DNA of 64,000 bases from an uncultured Gammaproteobacteria bacterium (lineage in GTDB: Bacteria > Patescibacteriota > Microgenomatia > UBA8517): NCBI GenBank assembly GCA_964635715.1, contig CAZWNZ010000001.1, positions 74,358-138,357 on the forward strand, read 5' to 3'. Both the position numbers and the translations under genes were made by a program. How positions within the stretch are numbered: the stretch's first letter is position 1; each line of letters starts with the position of its first letter. This document shows, piece by piece, positions 53,454-63,354 of this stretch. Below the pieces are notes generated by a model. That model searched no databases. It saw only the letters and a list, made by a program, of their open reading frames with translations, and was not told the DNA's origin.

Positions 53454-54812
53454 TTAAAAAGGATGAATTTTTGATAGCTCATTAACATTCATATTTAGAT
53501 TTACATCAATATTCCTATTTTTTGGAACTTCAGTGAGTCTTTTTATGCCAAAATATGGATATCTTTCGTCGTGCCATAGAGGTACCATTTCTGGGACAAG
53601 AACCTTGACAACTTTCAAACACACTTTTTCAATTTCAGGAGTCGTCATGTCGATATAATATGCGGTGCACCCAATGTTTTTAAGCTTTGAAAGAGTGTAC
53701 TTAAGATATTCTTCATCTGTCTTGAACATTGTTGTTTTAGTCAACGAAACTTGCTTGGAGCTCTTAATAAAATTTTCGACCTGCCCTATCATATGCGGAG
53801 CTGACCACTCACGATGTTTCTGCCAATTAAACCATTCAAACGATCCTTTTGGGGGCGGAGGGTTGTTCACATAAAAATATTTTTTTCTATTTGTTACATA
53901 TCTTCTGAGCGCCTCAATCGCCGATATCTTTAACACATTAGCTGTGTCTAGGCCGGCCCCCAGGCCACAACACACCGCAGGGCCCACGCCCGTTCTGTCT
54001 ACAAGAAGGCAAACAACTGAAAATATTCCAGTGTCTAGCGTGGTATCAAAAAAATAAATCTCAAAATTATATCTGGCGAATTTTTCTACAAGTTCTTTTA
54101 ATTCTTTATTTGACTTGTCTAGCGAAATCAAGCGTTTTGGTATTTCTGGAAGAAACGAAATTACATACCCATCCCTCTCAATAATTTCACAAAGCCCCCT
54201 ATAAACAGCAAAATCAATGTTTGGACCGCAGGCGGCCCCCGTACTTATAGGCATTCGTATAACTGGTTCATTGTGTTGTTTGTGGGAATAATTTGCGTAT
54301 GCTAAAGAGGCAGGTATTAGTTTTTTCTCATGACTTATTAGATTATGCCCCATCAGCCAATTAATCTGCGAGTTTCTGGATATATTAAACTTTTTGTACT
54401 TTTTTGTGGACAGCTGTTTGGGTGTAAAAGGAACAAAAACTGTTGGATCAATGGCATTATTTTTTAACTGTATATATGATCCATGTACAAACTTTTCCGG
54501 AGTTTCGTTCAAGATACAATAATGTTCTATAGCTTCGGTTATTGAACGTTCGATGGATGTTCTCTCGTTGTCGCTTCCACCATAACCATAGGCAGTGTTA
54601 ACTTTGTTTCCTTTTGAATATCTTTCACAGGAATATATAAAAAACTGGGGAATGTCTGGCCATGTTTTACTTTGAGTTAGTTGTCCAAGTATTTTATGGG
54701 ATTGCAGGTCATTGTGGATTTTTTTAAAACGAGAAGACAATGGTAATTTTGAAAACGGAAATGTCCTTACTGCAGGGTCATGGGGCAGAGCGATTCGAGC
54801 ACCGTTTTTCAC
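53454..54812 (-). CDS. YcaO-domain protein (ATP-dependent cyclodehydratase family)
   Basis: GYGGSDNERTSIERSITEAIEHY (G-GxG-S-ERS-EA-ER motif) and PISTGAACGPNIDFAVYRGLCEIIERDG (PxSxGxAxG...E..ERD) are YcaO ATP-binding signatures. Confidence 0.8.
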   Translation of the reverse strand: MKNGARIALPHDPAVRTFPFSKLPLSSRFKKIHNDLQSHKILGQLTQSKTWPDIPQFFIYSCERYSKGNKVNTAYGYGGSDNERTSIERSITEAIEHYCILNETPEKFVHGSYIQLKNNAIDPTVFVPFTPKQLSTKKYKKFNISRNSQINWLMGHNLISHEKKLIPASLAYANYSHKQHNEPVIRMPISTGAACGPNIDFAVYRGLCEIIERDGYVISFLPEIPKRLISLDKSNKELKELVEKFARYNFEIYFFDTTLDTGIFSVVCLLVDRTGVGPAVCCGLGAGLDTANVLKISAIEALRRYVTNRKKYFYVNNPPPPKGSFEWFNWQKHREWSAPHMIGQVENFIKSSKQVSLTKTTMFKTDEEYLKYTLSKLKNIGCTAYYIDMTTPEIEKVCLKVVKVLVPEMVPLWHDERYPYFGIKRLTEVPKNRNIDVNLNMNVNELSKIHPF

Positions 54813-54886
54813 AAGGATATTTTAGCACGGGTTAGCAATTTTTAACTGTATTTCAATTCACCCTGATCATGTTATATAATTAGCCT

Positions 54887-57622
54887 ATGCCAGAAACATT
54901 AGGAAGACCGGGCATTCCTTCACAATTGGAATCAAAGGGATTCTATCATACACCACACAAAGACGATGGTTCTGGCTTGCCCGAAATTGATCCAGCAGAC
55001 GCAGCTTTGAATGATGCAATAAATCGACAGATTGGAAGAGAATTTGAGGTCAATGCAGAGATGGCAACAAATCCGGAAACTTCAGCTGATTTTTTTGAGG
55101 GTCTTAGGGGAGTTGAAGAATTACAAGAGGATGGGAACGTTCCGAAGGAAGCTCAAGATCGTTGGACTCCGTCAAGACTTCATTCGGCAATGTATTACAA
55201 TGCCAAGGCACTTGGTGTTTCTATAAATGAGCTTCTTAGGAAAGGAAGAATTGAGCCAACAAAGATTACTGAGCTCATAGATGGAAAGGCGGTAGTCACT
55301 GATGGATACAAACCAACTAAACCCAAGTTTGCATCCTTCGCAATATCATATGAGCCATTTAAGGCTGGAAATGTCAAATTGGGTAATGGCTTTAATCGTG
55401 ACGAAATTGATTATAAATATGATTTTGGAATACCAACAGAAAATTCAAATAAGAGGCTTGAGATGGCTCTTGCAGTCAAGAAGGGTATAACTGAATATCA
55501 AGCACGCTTGATCCTGGGTGAACATATTTCCGTAAGGACCAGTCTGAGATTTCGCGACTCTTTAGAAGACTTGGTGGGTATTATGCATAGTGGTAGTGTT
55601 ACTTATTTTAAGGGTGATCATTTGAAGGGATTGTTTAATTTGCCTAGCGTGCGGGAATTAGAAGGCGGTATAAAACTGTCCGATACAAATAAAGAACAAG
55701 TTAGGACGAGAGTAGAAGAAGAAAACGCAAAACAACTTTCAAAAGAAAACAGACCACTCACAGATGAACAAAGAGAAATTGTCACGGCATCAATTAGAGA
55801 CCCTCTAATATCTAAAGAATTTGAAAACAGACACGAATTTGGTGATCAAGTTGAAGAGGCAATTTTTCTTAATATGATAATGTTAAATTCCTCAGGAAAA
55901 ACCAGAATGCAGGAGTTTCTCAAAAGACCAGGAGTAATTAAATTAATGTCGAGGTTGGCAGATAAGGATGTCAGTTTACAAAATTTATTAAACAAGAAAG
56001 ATTTAGAATTGATGACAAATGAGCAGGTGATGCTGAGCAAGGCTAAACAGTGGCAACTTGCACACATTGGGGATGTCGATAATTGGATAGATGACAAAGA
56101 TAGATATTTGGAAAACACCACAGTCAGAATGAAAAATGGAGTTGAGGTAAAAGAGGGTGGAACAAAGGTAAGAGTGAAAGCAACTTGGAGGGAAGAATCA
56201 GAAATAGGTCTCCGTAAAGAGTTAACTAAATGGGCAAATATTTCCGCCTGGGGCGGAAACCCTTCTGAGTTTAGTGCAGATAAAGAAATTCGATTTATTG
56301 AAGGTGCTATTGGAGATGTTGTTGGAAGCAAGGAAGCTGCTTGGCTTGCGGCAACATTTTTGAGATCAATCGGTGCATATGCCTCCGAGGGATATGCGGT
56401 TCTTCCACCAAAGGATGGGGGAAGCGTGAAAGGTAGATTTTTATTACCATTAGGAGAAGGTCGATATATAAGCGGGGACGATACAGGAAAATTTTATGCA
56501 AATCTGTTTAACTTAAAAGAAGGGCTAAAAGGTCGCGCATCTGGCCTGAAAGATATGATAGGTAGAGTTCCCGACATGGCAATGAACCTTTTTGATTGGG
56601 CTGGAGTTGAGGTGGGTAATGCAGACGGCACCGACCCCGAATATCCTCTTAATTGGGATGGAACAATGCAAAAAAGATCTGTATGGGATGCCTGGCTTGG
56701 GACAGCGGAGCAGCCATTGAGAGATATATTAACTGGTGGAGATGTGGTGGAAGTTGCTAAGATAGATGGGAATATTCTTAACAAACTTAGTGATGAAGAT
56801 AAGGAAACGGTTACAGCTAACAAAATGGGATTTGTTGAAGTCAAAAGAAAAACAAATAACAGTGGTAAGGAAGAAGTGGTTTATAAAGTTCTAGATTTAG
56901 ATACAAATGACAGAATCTCTTCGGGGAGAGTTTTAATAAAAGGAATTAAAAACAAACACGGGCTGCCGCTTATCGATAAAAACAATCAAGAAAAAATGTT
57001 TTTGTGGGTTGCTGAGGAAAAAGGTAAAAGATTAGGAGATCTGAATTTCAAAACACTTGAAAGAGAATTCCATGGAACTTTCACAATTATGCAGTGGCTT
57101 ATGGGGAACGGGGAGGGACCAACAGGCGTTTTTGTTGATGCTCTAAAGACAAATTTCAGGCCTGAGGATTTTGAAATGAATGAGCTCAAAAAGAAAATTA
57201 AGTATATCGGAATTGTCATGAATCCGGTAGTTCTAACAAAAGGTTCTCAACACCTATATAAAGATGCGGGCGGGGCTGCTGGAGTAGTCCAAAATGTATT
57301 TTTTGATAATTTAATGAATGCAAGAAAACGCAGCAATTGGTTTGCTCAGAATATTTTAGGCAACTTTGTAAAACTATTTAATCCTGATGGTGGAGTAACA
57401 ACCACCTCCTCAGCAATGCTTGTTGATGCGTATATTACTGAAGCAAAAAAGAAATCTGGCATGGAATCAGTATCCGACCTGGTCAAACATTATATAGACG
57501 GAAATGGGGATATGAGAACGATAGCTGGAGAAAAAACTAACACTGTTGTTAAGCAAGTTATCGAAAGTGCGAGTCTTACAGATAAAAATATTGGCATGAT
57601 TAGGGGTAAAAATACCTATTAA
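54887..57622 (+). CDS. Large (911 aa) hydrophilic orphan protein, no signal peptide or TM; GC-richer than its surroundings
   Basis: Long uninterrupted ORF, divergent from the YcaO operon; TATAAT-like box at ~54868; no recognisable motifs by eye. Confidence 0.5.
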   Translation: MPETLGRPGIPSQLESKGFYHTPHKDDGSGLPEIDPADAALNDAINRQIGREFEVNAEMATNPETSADFFEGLRGVEELQEDGNVPKEAQDRWTPSRLHSAMYYNAKALGVSINELLRKGRIEPTKITELIDGKAVVTDGYKPTKPKFASFAISYEPFKAGNVKLGNGFNRDEIDYKYDFGIPTENSNKRLEMALAVKKGITEYQARLILGEHISVRTSLRFRDSLEDLVGIMHSGSVTYFKGDHLKGLFNLPSVRELEGGIKLSDTNKEQVRTRVEEENAKQLSKENRPLTDEQREIVTASIRDPLISKEFENRHEFGDQVEEAIFLNMIMLNSSGKTRMQEFLKRPGVIKLMSRLADKDVSLQNLLNKKDLELMTNEQVMLSKAKQWQLAHIGDVDNWIDDKDRYLENTTVRMKNGVEVKEGGTKVRVKATWREESEIGLRKELTKWANISAWGGNPSEFSADKEIRFIEGAIGDVVGSKEAAWLAATFLRSIGAYASEGYAVLPPKDGGSVKGRFLLPLGEGRYISGDDTGKFYANLFNLKEGLKGRASGLKDMIGRVPDMAMNLFDWAGVEVGNADGTDPEYPLNWDGTMQKRSVWDAWLGTAEQPLRDILTGGDVVEVAKIDGNILNKLSDEDKETVTANKMGFVEVKRKTNNSGKEEVVYKVLDLDTNDRISSGRVLIKGIKNKHGLPLIDKNNQEKMFLWVAEEKGKRLGDLNFKTLEREFHGTFTIMQWLMGNGEGPTGVFVDALKTNFRPEDFEMNELKKKIKYIGIVMNPVVLTKGSQHLYKDAGGAAGVVQNVFFDNLMNARKRSNWFAQNILGNFVKLFNPDGGVTTTSSAMLVDAYITEAKKKSGMESVSDLVKHYIDGNGDMRTIAGEKTNTVVKQVIESASLTDKNIGMIRGKNTY

Positions 57623-57636
57623 TTGAAGATTAAATT

Positions 57637-59511
57637 TTAAGTACCACCCTCAACTTTGGGTTTTTTGTTTTTCAAAGCTTCCTTTACCCTGGTTGTCCAG
57701 TTGGCAAGTTTGTCTTCCAGAGCCACCTTTCTGGCAGTTTCTAAATATGGAGCCCCTGTTTGTCCCCAGGCCCACTTGGCTGGTCCAAATGCCTCCCCAA
57801 TTGCACTACCATAAGCAAACGGCTTACCTGTAATGAACCCTTGGACAATTTCAGTGGCCTTGGGAATTAAAGTAAAAACAACGAAACTTACTGCCATAAA
57901 AATCAATCCAACAACCAAGGAATTATTACTCAGACCCAAAAGAGGAAGTTGTACGGAGCTGGATAACGCTTGGTTGGTTGTTCCCAAAATGGCATCTGCA
58001 ATACTTGATCCAGTAATTAGTCTCAAAAGTCCTGCCCCAAAACCGTTTGGGAAAGCATTTTCGATCCCTAAGAGAAGAAAAATGTATGCCAACAAAAATA
58101 AAACTCCAGTAATTACAAAAACAGCAAGAGACGAAACAAAGCTTTTTAGCCACGAAGCAAAACCTAAATTAGAAATAATTATACCAGCTGTTATTTGAAG
58201 CGGAGCGGCTATTGTTAATAGAAATATTTGGGCACAAGCTTTGGTGAGTTTCCATACAATTTTAATAGAGGTGACAAGTGTCATAATAGTAATTATTATT
58301 AGCAAAATAATGTAAACAATCACGCCGACTGAGAGTATGTCTCCAAATCCTTTAAGAACGTCTTTAATGTAAATAGCTAGGCCAAATGAAAAATATTTTG
58401 AAAATTGAGTCAAATAATTGGCGACTAAGGCAAACACACCTTTTCCGTCTGGACCGTTAGTTAGCCAGCTGAATACATAAGCAGCGCTAGTATCTCCATA
58501 TTCCGATCCTGGAACAGCTTTGACGATTGGGGCAGCAAAAATACTAATCAATCCTATTACGACATACATGAGATCGATTAGAAATCCAGCTATTGCATAC
58601 GAAAAAGTTACCAGAACTAAGGCAATCAATATTTTAGGGATGGCTGATTGAATGGTGATTACAACTTGTGGTGATATTTTAACTCTGAACATTACCATGA
58701 ACGACAAAACAATGGCGGCAATCACAAAAAGAATGTAAGCCATGTTTCGCACAGCGACCCACATATTTTGGACTACTTCTAAAAACTGAAAACCGACACC
58801 CATATCGTTTGTTTGCGCTTTTACACTTTTAACAGGTTGAAGTTTTTGAAAAACACCCTTTGTATAAGAAATTCCTGAAAAAGGGCGATCGTCGGCAAAA
58901 ACTGCTGCTAATAAAGGAGTATTGGCATGATCCGAACCTGCAATTATATTGTTTTTAATTTTCAAAAAAGATTCAGAATTGGAAACGTCCTCCAGTATAC
59001 ACGTATCTTCAGTTCCACCATTTAATAAACATTGGATAGCCGACACAGAACCCTCACCTGATGTTGAGTTTATAATAAAGCTGTAAATACTATAAAATAT
59101 CCACTGAACCTGTGCTGCAGTATATCTTTCTCCGAAAATCTCATTGGGGTTGGAGTTGTCATATACTTTACTTGACCATTCCTGAAAAGATTGGTTGTAC
59201 CAAGTTCCGGATGAAGCCGTTGTTGATGATGTTGTTGTAGAGTCACCACTGACACACGCTACATCTGTCGCGCTTTGACAAGATTCTTTATCAGTTATGG
59301 CAGTGCAATAATCGGAGTCGACCTCATAACCATCATTACAATCGGCATATGATTCTGCTTCCGCCCTACATGAAGTTAAGTTCCACTTACATTCAAAAGT
59401 GTTGGTTGCCGCTTGTATTTTGGAAACGGGTGCGGCAATGAAATAAAACAAGCCAAAGATAAAAAAAGATGCGAGCAGTTTTTTCATTTGATTTATCCTT
59501 AATCTTATCAA
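57637..59511 (-). CDS. VirB6/TrbL-like polytopic T4SS membrane protein with Cys-containing extracellular N-domain
   Basis: Signal peptide (MKKLLASFFIFGLFYFIAAPVSKIQA from 59487), 6 or more TM helices, hydrophilic C-terminus; located between the pilin array and the VirB3/VirB4 genes. Confidence 0.45.
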   Translation of the reverse strand: MIRLRINQMKKLLASFFIFGLFYFIAAPVSKIQAATNTFECKWNLTSCRAEAESYADCNDGYEVDSDYCTAITDKESCQSATDVACVSGDSTTTSSTTASSGTWYNQSFQEWSSKVYDNSNPNEIFGERYTAAQVQWIFYSIYSFIINSTSGEGSVSAIQCLLNGGTEDTCILEDVSNSESFLKIKNNIIAGSDHANTPLLAAVFADDRPFSGISYTKGVFQKLQPVKSVKAQTNDMGVGFQFLEVVQNMWVAVRNMAYILFVIAAIVLSFMVMFRVKISPQVVITIQSAIPKILIALVLVTFSYAIAGFLIDLMYVVIGLISIFAAPIVKAVPGSEYGDTSAAYVFSWLTNGPDGKGVFALVANYLTQFSKYFSFGLAIYIKDVLKGFGDILSVGVIVYIILLIIITIMTLVTSIKIVWKLTKACAQIFLLTIAAPLQITAGIIISNLGFASWLKSFVSSLAVFVITGVLFLLAYIFLLLGIENAFPNGFGAGLLRLITGSSIADAILGTTNQALSSSVQLPLLGLSNNSLVVGLIFMAVSFVVFTLIPKATEIVQGFITGKPFAYGSAIGEAFGPAKWAWGQTGAPYLETARKVALEDKLANWTTRVKEALKNKKPKVEGGT

Positions 59512-59537
59512 ACCAATGCAAAAAATGTTAGTAGGTT

Positions 59538-61949
59538 TTAATAACAGTCAGCGCTAAAGGGATACCCAGTAAAGTTGCAGCTTGTCATTGTGTTCCAATG
59601 GATATCCATAAGTTCCATATATTGTTCTGCTTTAGGTGGTAACTCTTTCTTGTCTATATTACAGTATCCGTAATAGTAAATAGAAAAGAACATTTCGGTG
59701 TCGCGCCCCTTGCCGAAACATGAAGCATACTGAGGAGCGGTTTTATAATATTCCATAAGTTCGAAAAACTCATTAATTTGTGCAGTAAAACCTCTGTACT
59801 TGGAGCTGTTTATCCCAAAGTCCTGATTGGAAATTTCATAATTACTTGCACCGCTCTCATTTACCCATAGGAGTAGTGTAAATGCAGGGTTTACGTTAGC
59901 TGCAATAGATTTTCTGACAACATCGTTATAGCATTCCAGAACATGATCACCCTCGCGTCCTTCCCAAGCGATTGCAAACTCATGCAAGTCTTCCTTTGAA
60001 ATTAATTTTGGTGCTAAAGAAGATACATCGGCAGCCGTTTGGTCGCAATCGATCCCTGTATTTGTTATATCTTCGATGATGTCATTTTCTGCAAAAGCAA
60101 TTTGTTCCCCATACCCCTTTGGTCTGAGAGCTGTTTGGATTCCCTTTAGGAAGTACTCCGAAACTCCTCCGACGTGGGGAATTTTAAGGTCGGTATTAGA
60201 CTCACTCATATCCGTGCCGGAGTATGTGATGTTGGAAGAACCTGCTATGTCAATTATTTTCCCGACGCCTCCCTCAGTGTTTGTTTTTGGAAAAATTCTC
60301 TTAAAAACTGACATGGATCCTGCCACAAGACGCGACCAGACATCATCCACAAGGGGAATGTTGGACTGAGTGGAAAGATTTATATAAACCTTTTTACTGC
60401 ATTTTTGCCTGACAATTTGAGGAATACACTCCTTGTCTATAAGCGAACCACAACGTTCGCCGACATAATGACCGTTATAGCACATGCAATCAAGAGGCTC
60501 GGTATCGCAAGGTTTGTCTATCAGAGAACCACAGCGTTCGCCGACATAATTTCCGTTAATGCACATACAGTCGAGAGGGTCATCTTCCGTGGTAGGTTCG
60601 TTAAATATGCAGGTAAAGCCGGCGGTATAAGAAAGGTCTCCTGTTAGTTGATTGGCAAAGAGGTCGTCTCCTGCATTTGAACGTACTTCCACGGTGCTGC
60701 ACGATGTATCTGAAATATTCGTAGGACTACTTACTTTCTCCTCTCCTTGCGGTATATAAGTATCCTGTAAAAGCGAACCTAACTCATCGGCTTCGACCAT
60801 GTGAGGCAGAAATAGAGTGGAAGGCAATTGGTTGGAAAAAGTGATGTTTTTAACCGTAACCCCGGTAGTATTTAGATTGGTTGATGAGGAAACGTTATCT
60901 ATTTTAATATTTCCCTCCACATCTTCTGTTGATGAGAGGGAAATATATGGAAAAAGTTCCGCATATTTGCTTTTAACAAGAGGATTTTTTACACAAATGA
61001 GTTGATTGATAACAGGTATTAGGGCACATGTGTCTCCCTGCCATTCTCTATATGCTTTAAGATATTCTTTTTCATTTTCAAATTGTTCATTCCAGGGGAG
61101 AGGAGGGGTTCTTTTGTTCCAAGCTACACCAACATATCGATTGATTTCTTCGGATGTAGCATTCGGTAAAAGATTTAGGATGGCTCTCTTTAAAATATTG
61201 GAAATACCTCTGGTGATACCAAGACCGCCACTTTCCCATTCTGTAAGGCGATATGTATTGGAAATGACACTATTTTCATCATGACACCCAACAGGATCTC
61301 CACTTAATGAAGTACAGACGACAACTTTATCGTGCTGCGTCTCCTTAGCTGATTCTATCATTTCAATTTGCTGAGCTTGTTGGATAGCTTGAGGCAGAAG
61401 TTTTTTTAGTGGCCCGGAATAATTTACAAAATTCTGATCAGTGTCATTGGCACTGCCATATTCAGTGCGGTTTGTGACACCGTTTAAGTACCAGCTGACA
61501 TATTCATTCATTTTTTGAGCGTCATCAAAACTCTCCTCGGAACTTTGCGAATTGATAACATCCTCAGTATTGCCCATAATAGGCAACTCAGCTCCGCTTA
61601 GGTTGATAGTCACGCTTTTGTTTACGTCTATATTGTATGTGCAGTAAATTTTGCCGTTTTTGGTCGTGCAGTCACCGGGAGTTCCGGGATAGTAAATATC
61701 AATGGTATTGGTAAGCGTTAAATCAGTTCCACAGTATGTTGCATAGTCTGAGACGCTGCTGGAACATTGTGTGTTTGCTTGATAGGGTCTAAGAGAGTGA
61801 AACTCTTCATCGTCGGCCAGTGTGCTATCGGTTGTTTCATCGCACTTTATATTTGTATTTGACGGAATCTGGGAGTGAACAGATGTTGGATCAAACAGGG
61901 ATAGAAAAAGAAACAAGGGAATTAGAAAGAGAACATGCAGTTTATTCAT
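59538..61949 (-). CDS. Large secreted Cys-rich protein with tandem EGF-like ~24-aa repeat; candidate surface adhesin or T4SS-associated surface factor
   Basis: Signal peptide MNKLHVLFLIPLFLFLSLFDPTSVHS; PLDCMCINGNYVGERCGSLIDKPC / PLDCMCYNGHYVGERCGSLIDKEC tandem. Confidence 0.5.
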   Translation of the reverse strand: MNKLHVLFLIPLFLFLSLFDPTSVHSQIPSNTNIKCDETTDSTLADDEEFHSLRPYQANTQCSSSVSDYATYCGTDLTLTNTIDIYYPGTPGDCTTKNGKIYCTYNIDVNKSVTINLSGAELPIMGNTEDVINSQSSEESFDDAQKMNEYVSWYLNGVTNRTEYGSANDTDQNFVNYSGPLKKLLPQAIQQAQQIEMIESAKETQHDKVVVCTSLSGDPVGCHDENSVISNTYRLTEWESGGLGITRGISNILKRAILNLLPNATSEEINRYVGVAWNKRTPPLPWNEQFENEKEYLKAYREWQGDTCALIPVINQLICVKNPLVKSKYAELFPYISLSSTEDVEGNIKIDNVSSSTNLNTTGVTVKNITFSNQLPSTLFLPHMVEADELGSLLQDTYIPQGEEKVSSPTNISDTSCSTVEVRSNAGDDLFANQLTGDLSYTAGFTCIFNEPTTEDDPLDCMCINGNYVGERCGSLIDKPCDTEPLDCMCYNGHYVGERCGSLIDKECIPQIVRQKCSKKVYINLSTQSNIPLVDDVWSRLVAGSMSVFKRIFPKTNTEGGVGKIIDIAGSSNITYSGTDMSESNTDLKIPHVGGVSEYFLKGIQTALRPKGYGEQIAFAENDIIEDITNTGIDCDQTAADVSSLAPKLISKEDLHEFAIAWEGREGDHVLECYNDVVRKSIAANVNPAFTLLLWVNESGASNYEISNQDFGINSSKYRGFTAQINEFFELMEYYKTAPQYASCFGKGRDTEMFFSIYYYGYCNIDKKELPPKAEQYMELMDIHWNTMTSCNFTGYPFSADCY
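60405..60560. repeat. Tandem ~72-nt duplication inside the secreted-protein CDS (encodes the Cys-rich repeat)
   Basis: gaaccacaacgttcgccgacataatgaccgtt... vs gaaccacagcgttcgccgacataatttccgtt... Confidence 0.65.
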
Positions 61950-61973
61950 GACAATTCATTATAACAGTAGAAG

Positions 61974-62270
61974 TTAATTGGGGAGTACGACGTTAAAATC
62001 GGTAACATTTGCTCCGGTCAGATTCTTTATAAGTAAAAGAATTAAATAAGAGACAAGGATAATAACAAGCCCTGTAATCGCAGAAGTTAATGTTTTTTTG
62101 GCTCCCTCCGCAGCTTTCGGGTCTCCTCCTGATGTAATAAATTTAAAGCCACTAATTATTAGAAGAAAGAACAGAACTATTCCTGCCAAACCTAACGCAT
62201 AGCCAATTATGTTTTTAAAAACATCTCCCAGGTCGGCGATTGTAGCAATAGAATCACTAGCCATAAGCAC
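61974..62270 (-). CDS. VirB2/TrbC-like T4SS pilin, paralog 1
   Basis: Two hydrophobic helices flanking ITSGGDPKAAEGAKKTLTSAITGL. Confidence 0.55.
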   Translation of the reverse strand: MLMASDSIATIADLGDVFKNIIGYALGLAGIVLFFLLIISGFKFITSGGDPKAAEGAKKTLTSAITGLVIILVSYLILLLIKNLTGANVTDFNVVLPN

Positions 62271-62307
62271 ATTCTAAACTAAAAAAAGTTAGCGGGCAAT
62301 AAGACGG

Positions 62308-62643
62308 TTAAATTGAGGGGATAGCCAAAGAGAATATGTCAACACCGAAGAAGGTATTGATAAGGGCTACAATTGCCCATGCGGCGAAGACTATTACAAG
62401 GCCGACAAGAGCTGCTGTAATTTGGTTTCTGGCAGTTTCAGTTTTGACTTTATCTCCACCTGACGCAATCCATTTGATACCACCAATAACCAAAATGAAA
62501 AAGAAAATAATTGCAGCAACTATGACAATCAACCTGATACCACCCGAAATAATTTCAGGAATGGTCAAATCTCCTAATTTCTCAAAATTGGAATCACTTG
62601 GTTGAAGTTCAATTGTATCGGCTGCTAAAAGTAATTTTTGCAT
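62308..62643 (-). CDS. VirB2/TrbC-like T4SS pilin, paralog 2
   Basis: IKWIASGGDKVKTETARNQITAALVGL; the ORF runs to 62763, but the start at 62643 (MQKLLLAADT) avoids overlap with paralog 3. Confidence 0.5.
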   Translation of the reverse strand: MQKLLLAADTIELQPSDSNFEKLGDLTIPEIISGGIRLIVIVAAIIFFFILVIGGIKWIASGGDKVKTETARNQITAALVGLVIVFAAWAIVALINTFFGVDIFSLAIPSI

Positions 62644-62656
62644 TTGTATACAAGTA

Positions 62657-62983
62657 TTATCGAATAAATAGTTTACTGATGTCAAGAGCCAGTAGGTCAA
62701 TATTAAAGAAATGCTCCAACAATTCAAGTACTGCAAACGATGCGAAAAGAATAATAAGTCCAACCAAAGCGCTGGTTATTTTCCCGCGTGCGGCTTCGAC
62801 AGCTTGCTTGTCTCCACCGGAAGTGATCCATTTGATTGCTCCCATAACTAATGTAAAAAAGAAAATCACTACACCGATGATTAAGGCTAGGGTTATAAGT
62901 TTGGGGACAAAGTTTTGGAAAAAAGTTACACCATCAGAACCCAGATCTGATGTTATTGGATTAATTATTGTACTGCCTCCCAT
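62657..62983 (-). CDS. VirB2/TrbC-like T4SS pilin, paralog 3
   Basis: IKWITSGGDKQAVEAARGKITSALVGL. Confidence 0.55.
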   Translation of the reverse strand: MGGSTIINPITSDLGSDGVTFFQNFVPKLITLALIIGVVIFFFTLVMGAIKWITSGGDKQAVEAARGKITSALVGLIILFASFAVLELLEHFFNIDLLALDISKLFIR

Positions 62984-62985
62984 AT

Positions 62986-63354
62986 TTATTTGTTTAAATT
63001 AGTAATATTGCCAAATAGGCTGGTAAGATTCAAGATATCCGCTATACCCAGGATCTTTCCGATCAAACTTACTATCAAAACAGCCAAAAGTACGACAATC
63101 AAACCAATGATACCTGTTGTTATTCTTTTCCTCGACCCTTCCAAAGCCTGTTTGTCTCCGCCCGCACCGATCATGCTGATGGCTCCTGTTATAAATACAA
63201 ACAAAAACCAGATAATTGCAACAACAGTCATTACCCCGATTGCCATAGAAATAATAGAAGAAAGCTTACTAACACCATCACCAACATTTTCTCCCAAAGT
63301 TCCGATTCCCACAAAACCGTCTTTTGGTGCAATTGATAAAGCTAGTGTTTTCAT
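62986..63354 (-). CDS. VirB2/TrbC-like T4SS pilin, paralog 4
   Basis: ISMIGAGGDKQALEGSRKRITTGIIGL. Confidence 0.55.
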   Translation of the reverse strand: MKTLALSIAPKDGFVGIGTLGENVGDGVSKLSSIISMAIGVMTVVAIIWFLFVFITGAISMIGAGGDKQALEGSRKRITTGIIGLIVVLLAVLIVSLIGKILGIADILNLTSLFGNITNLNK

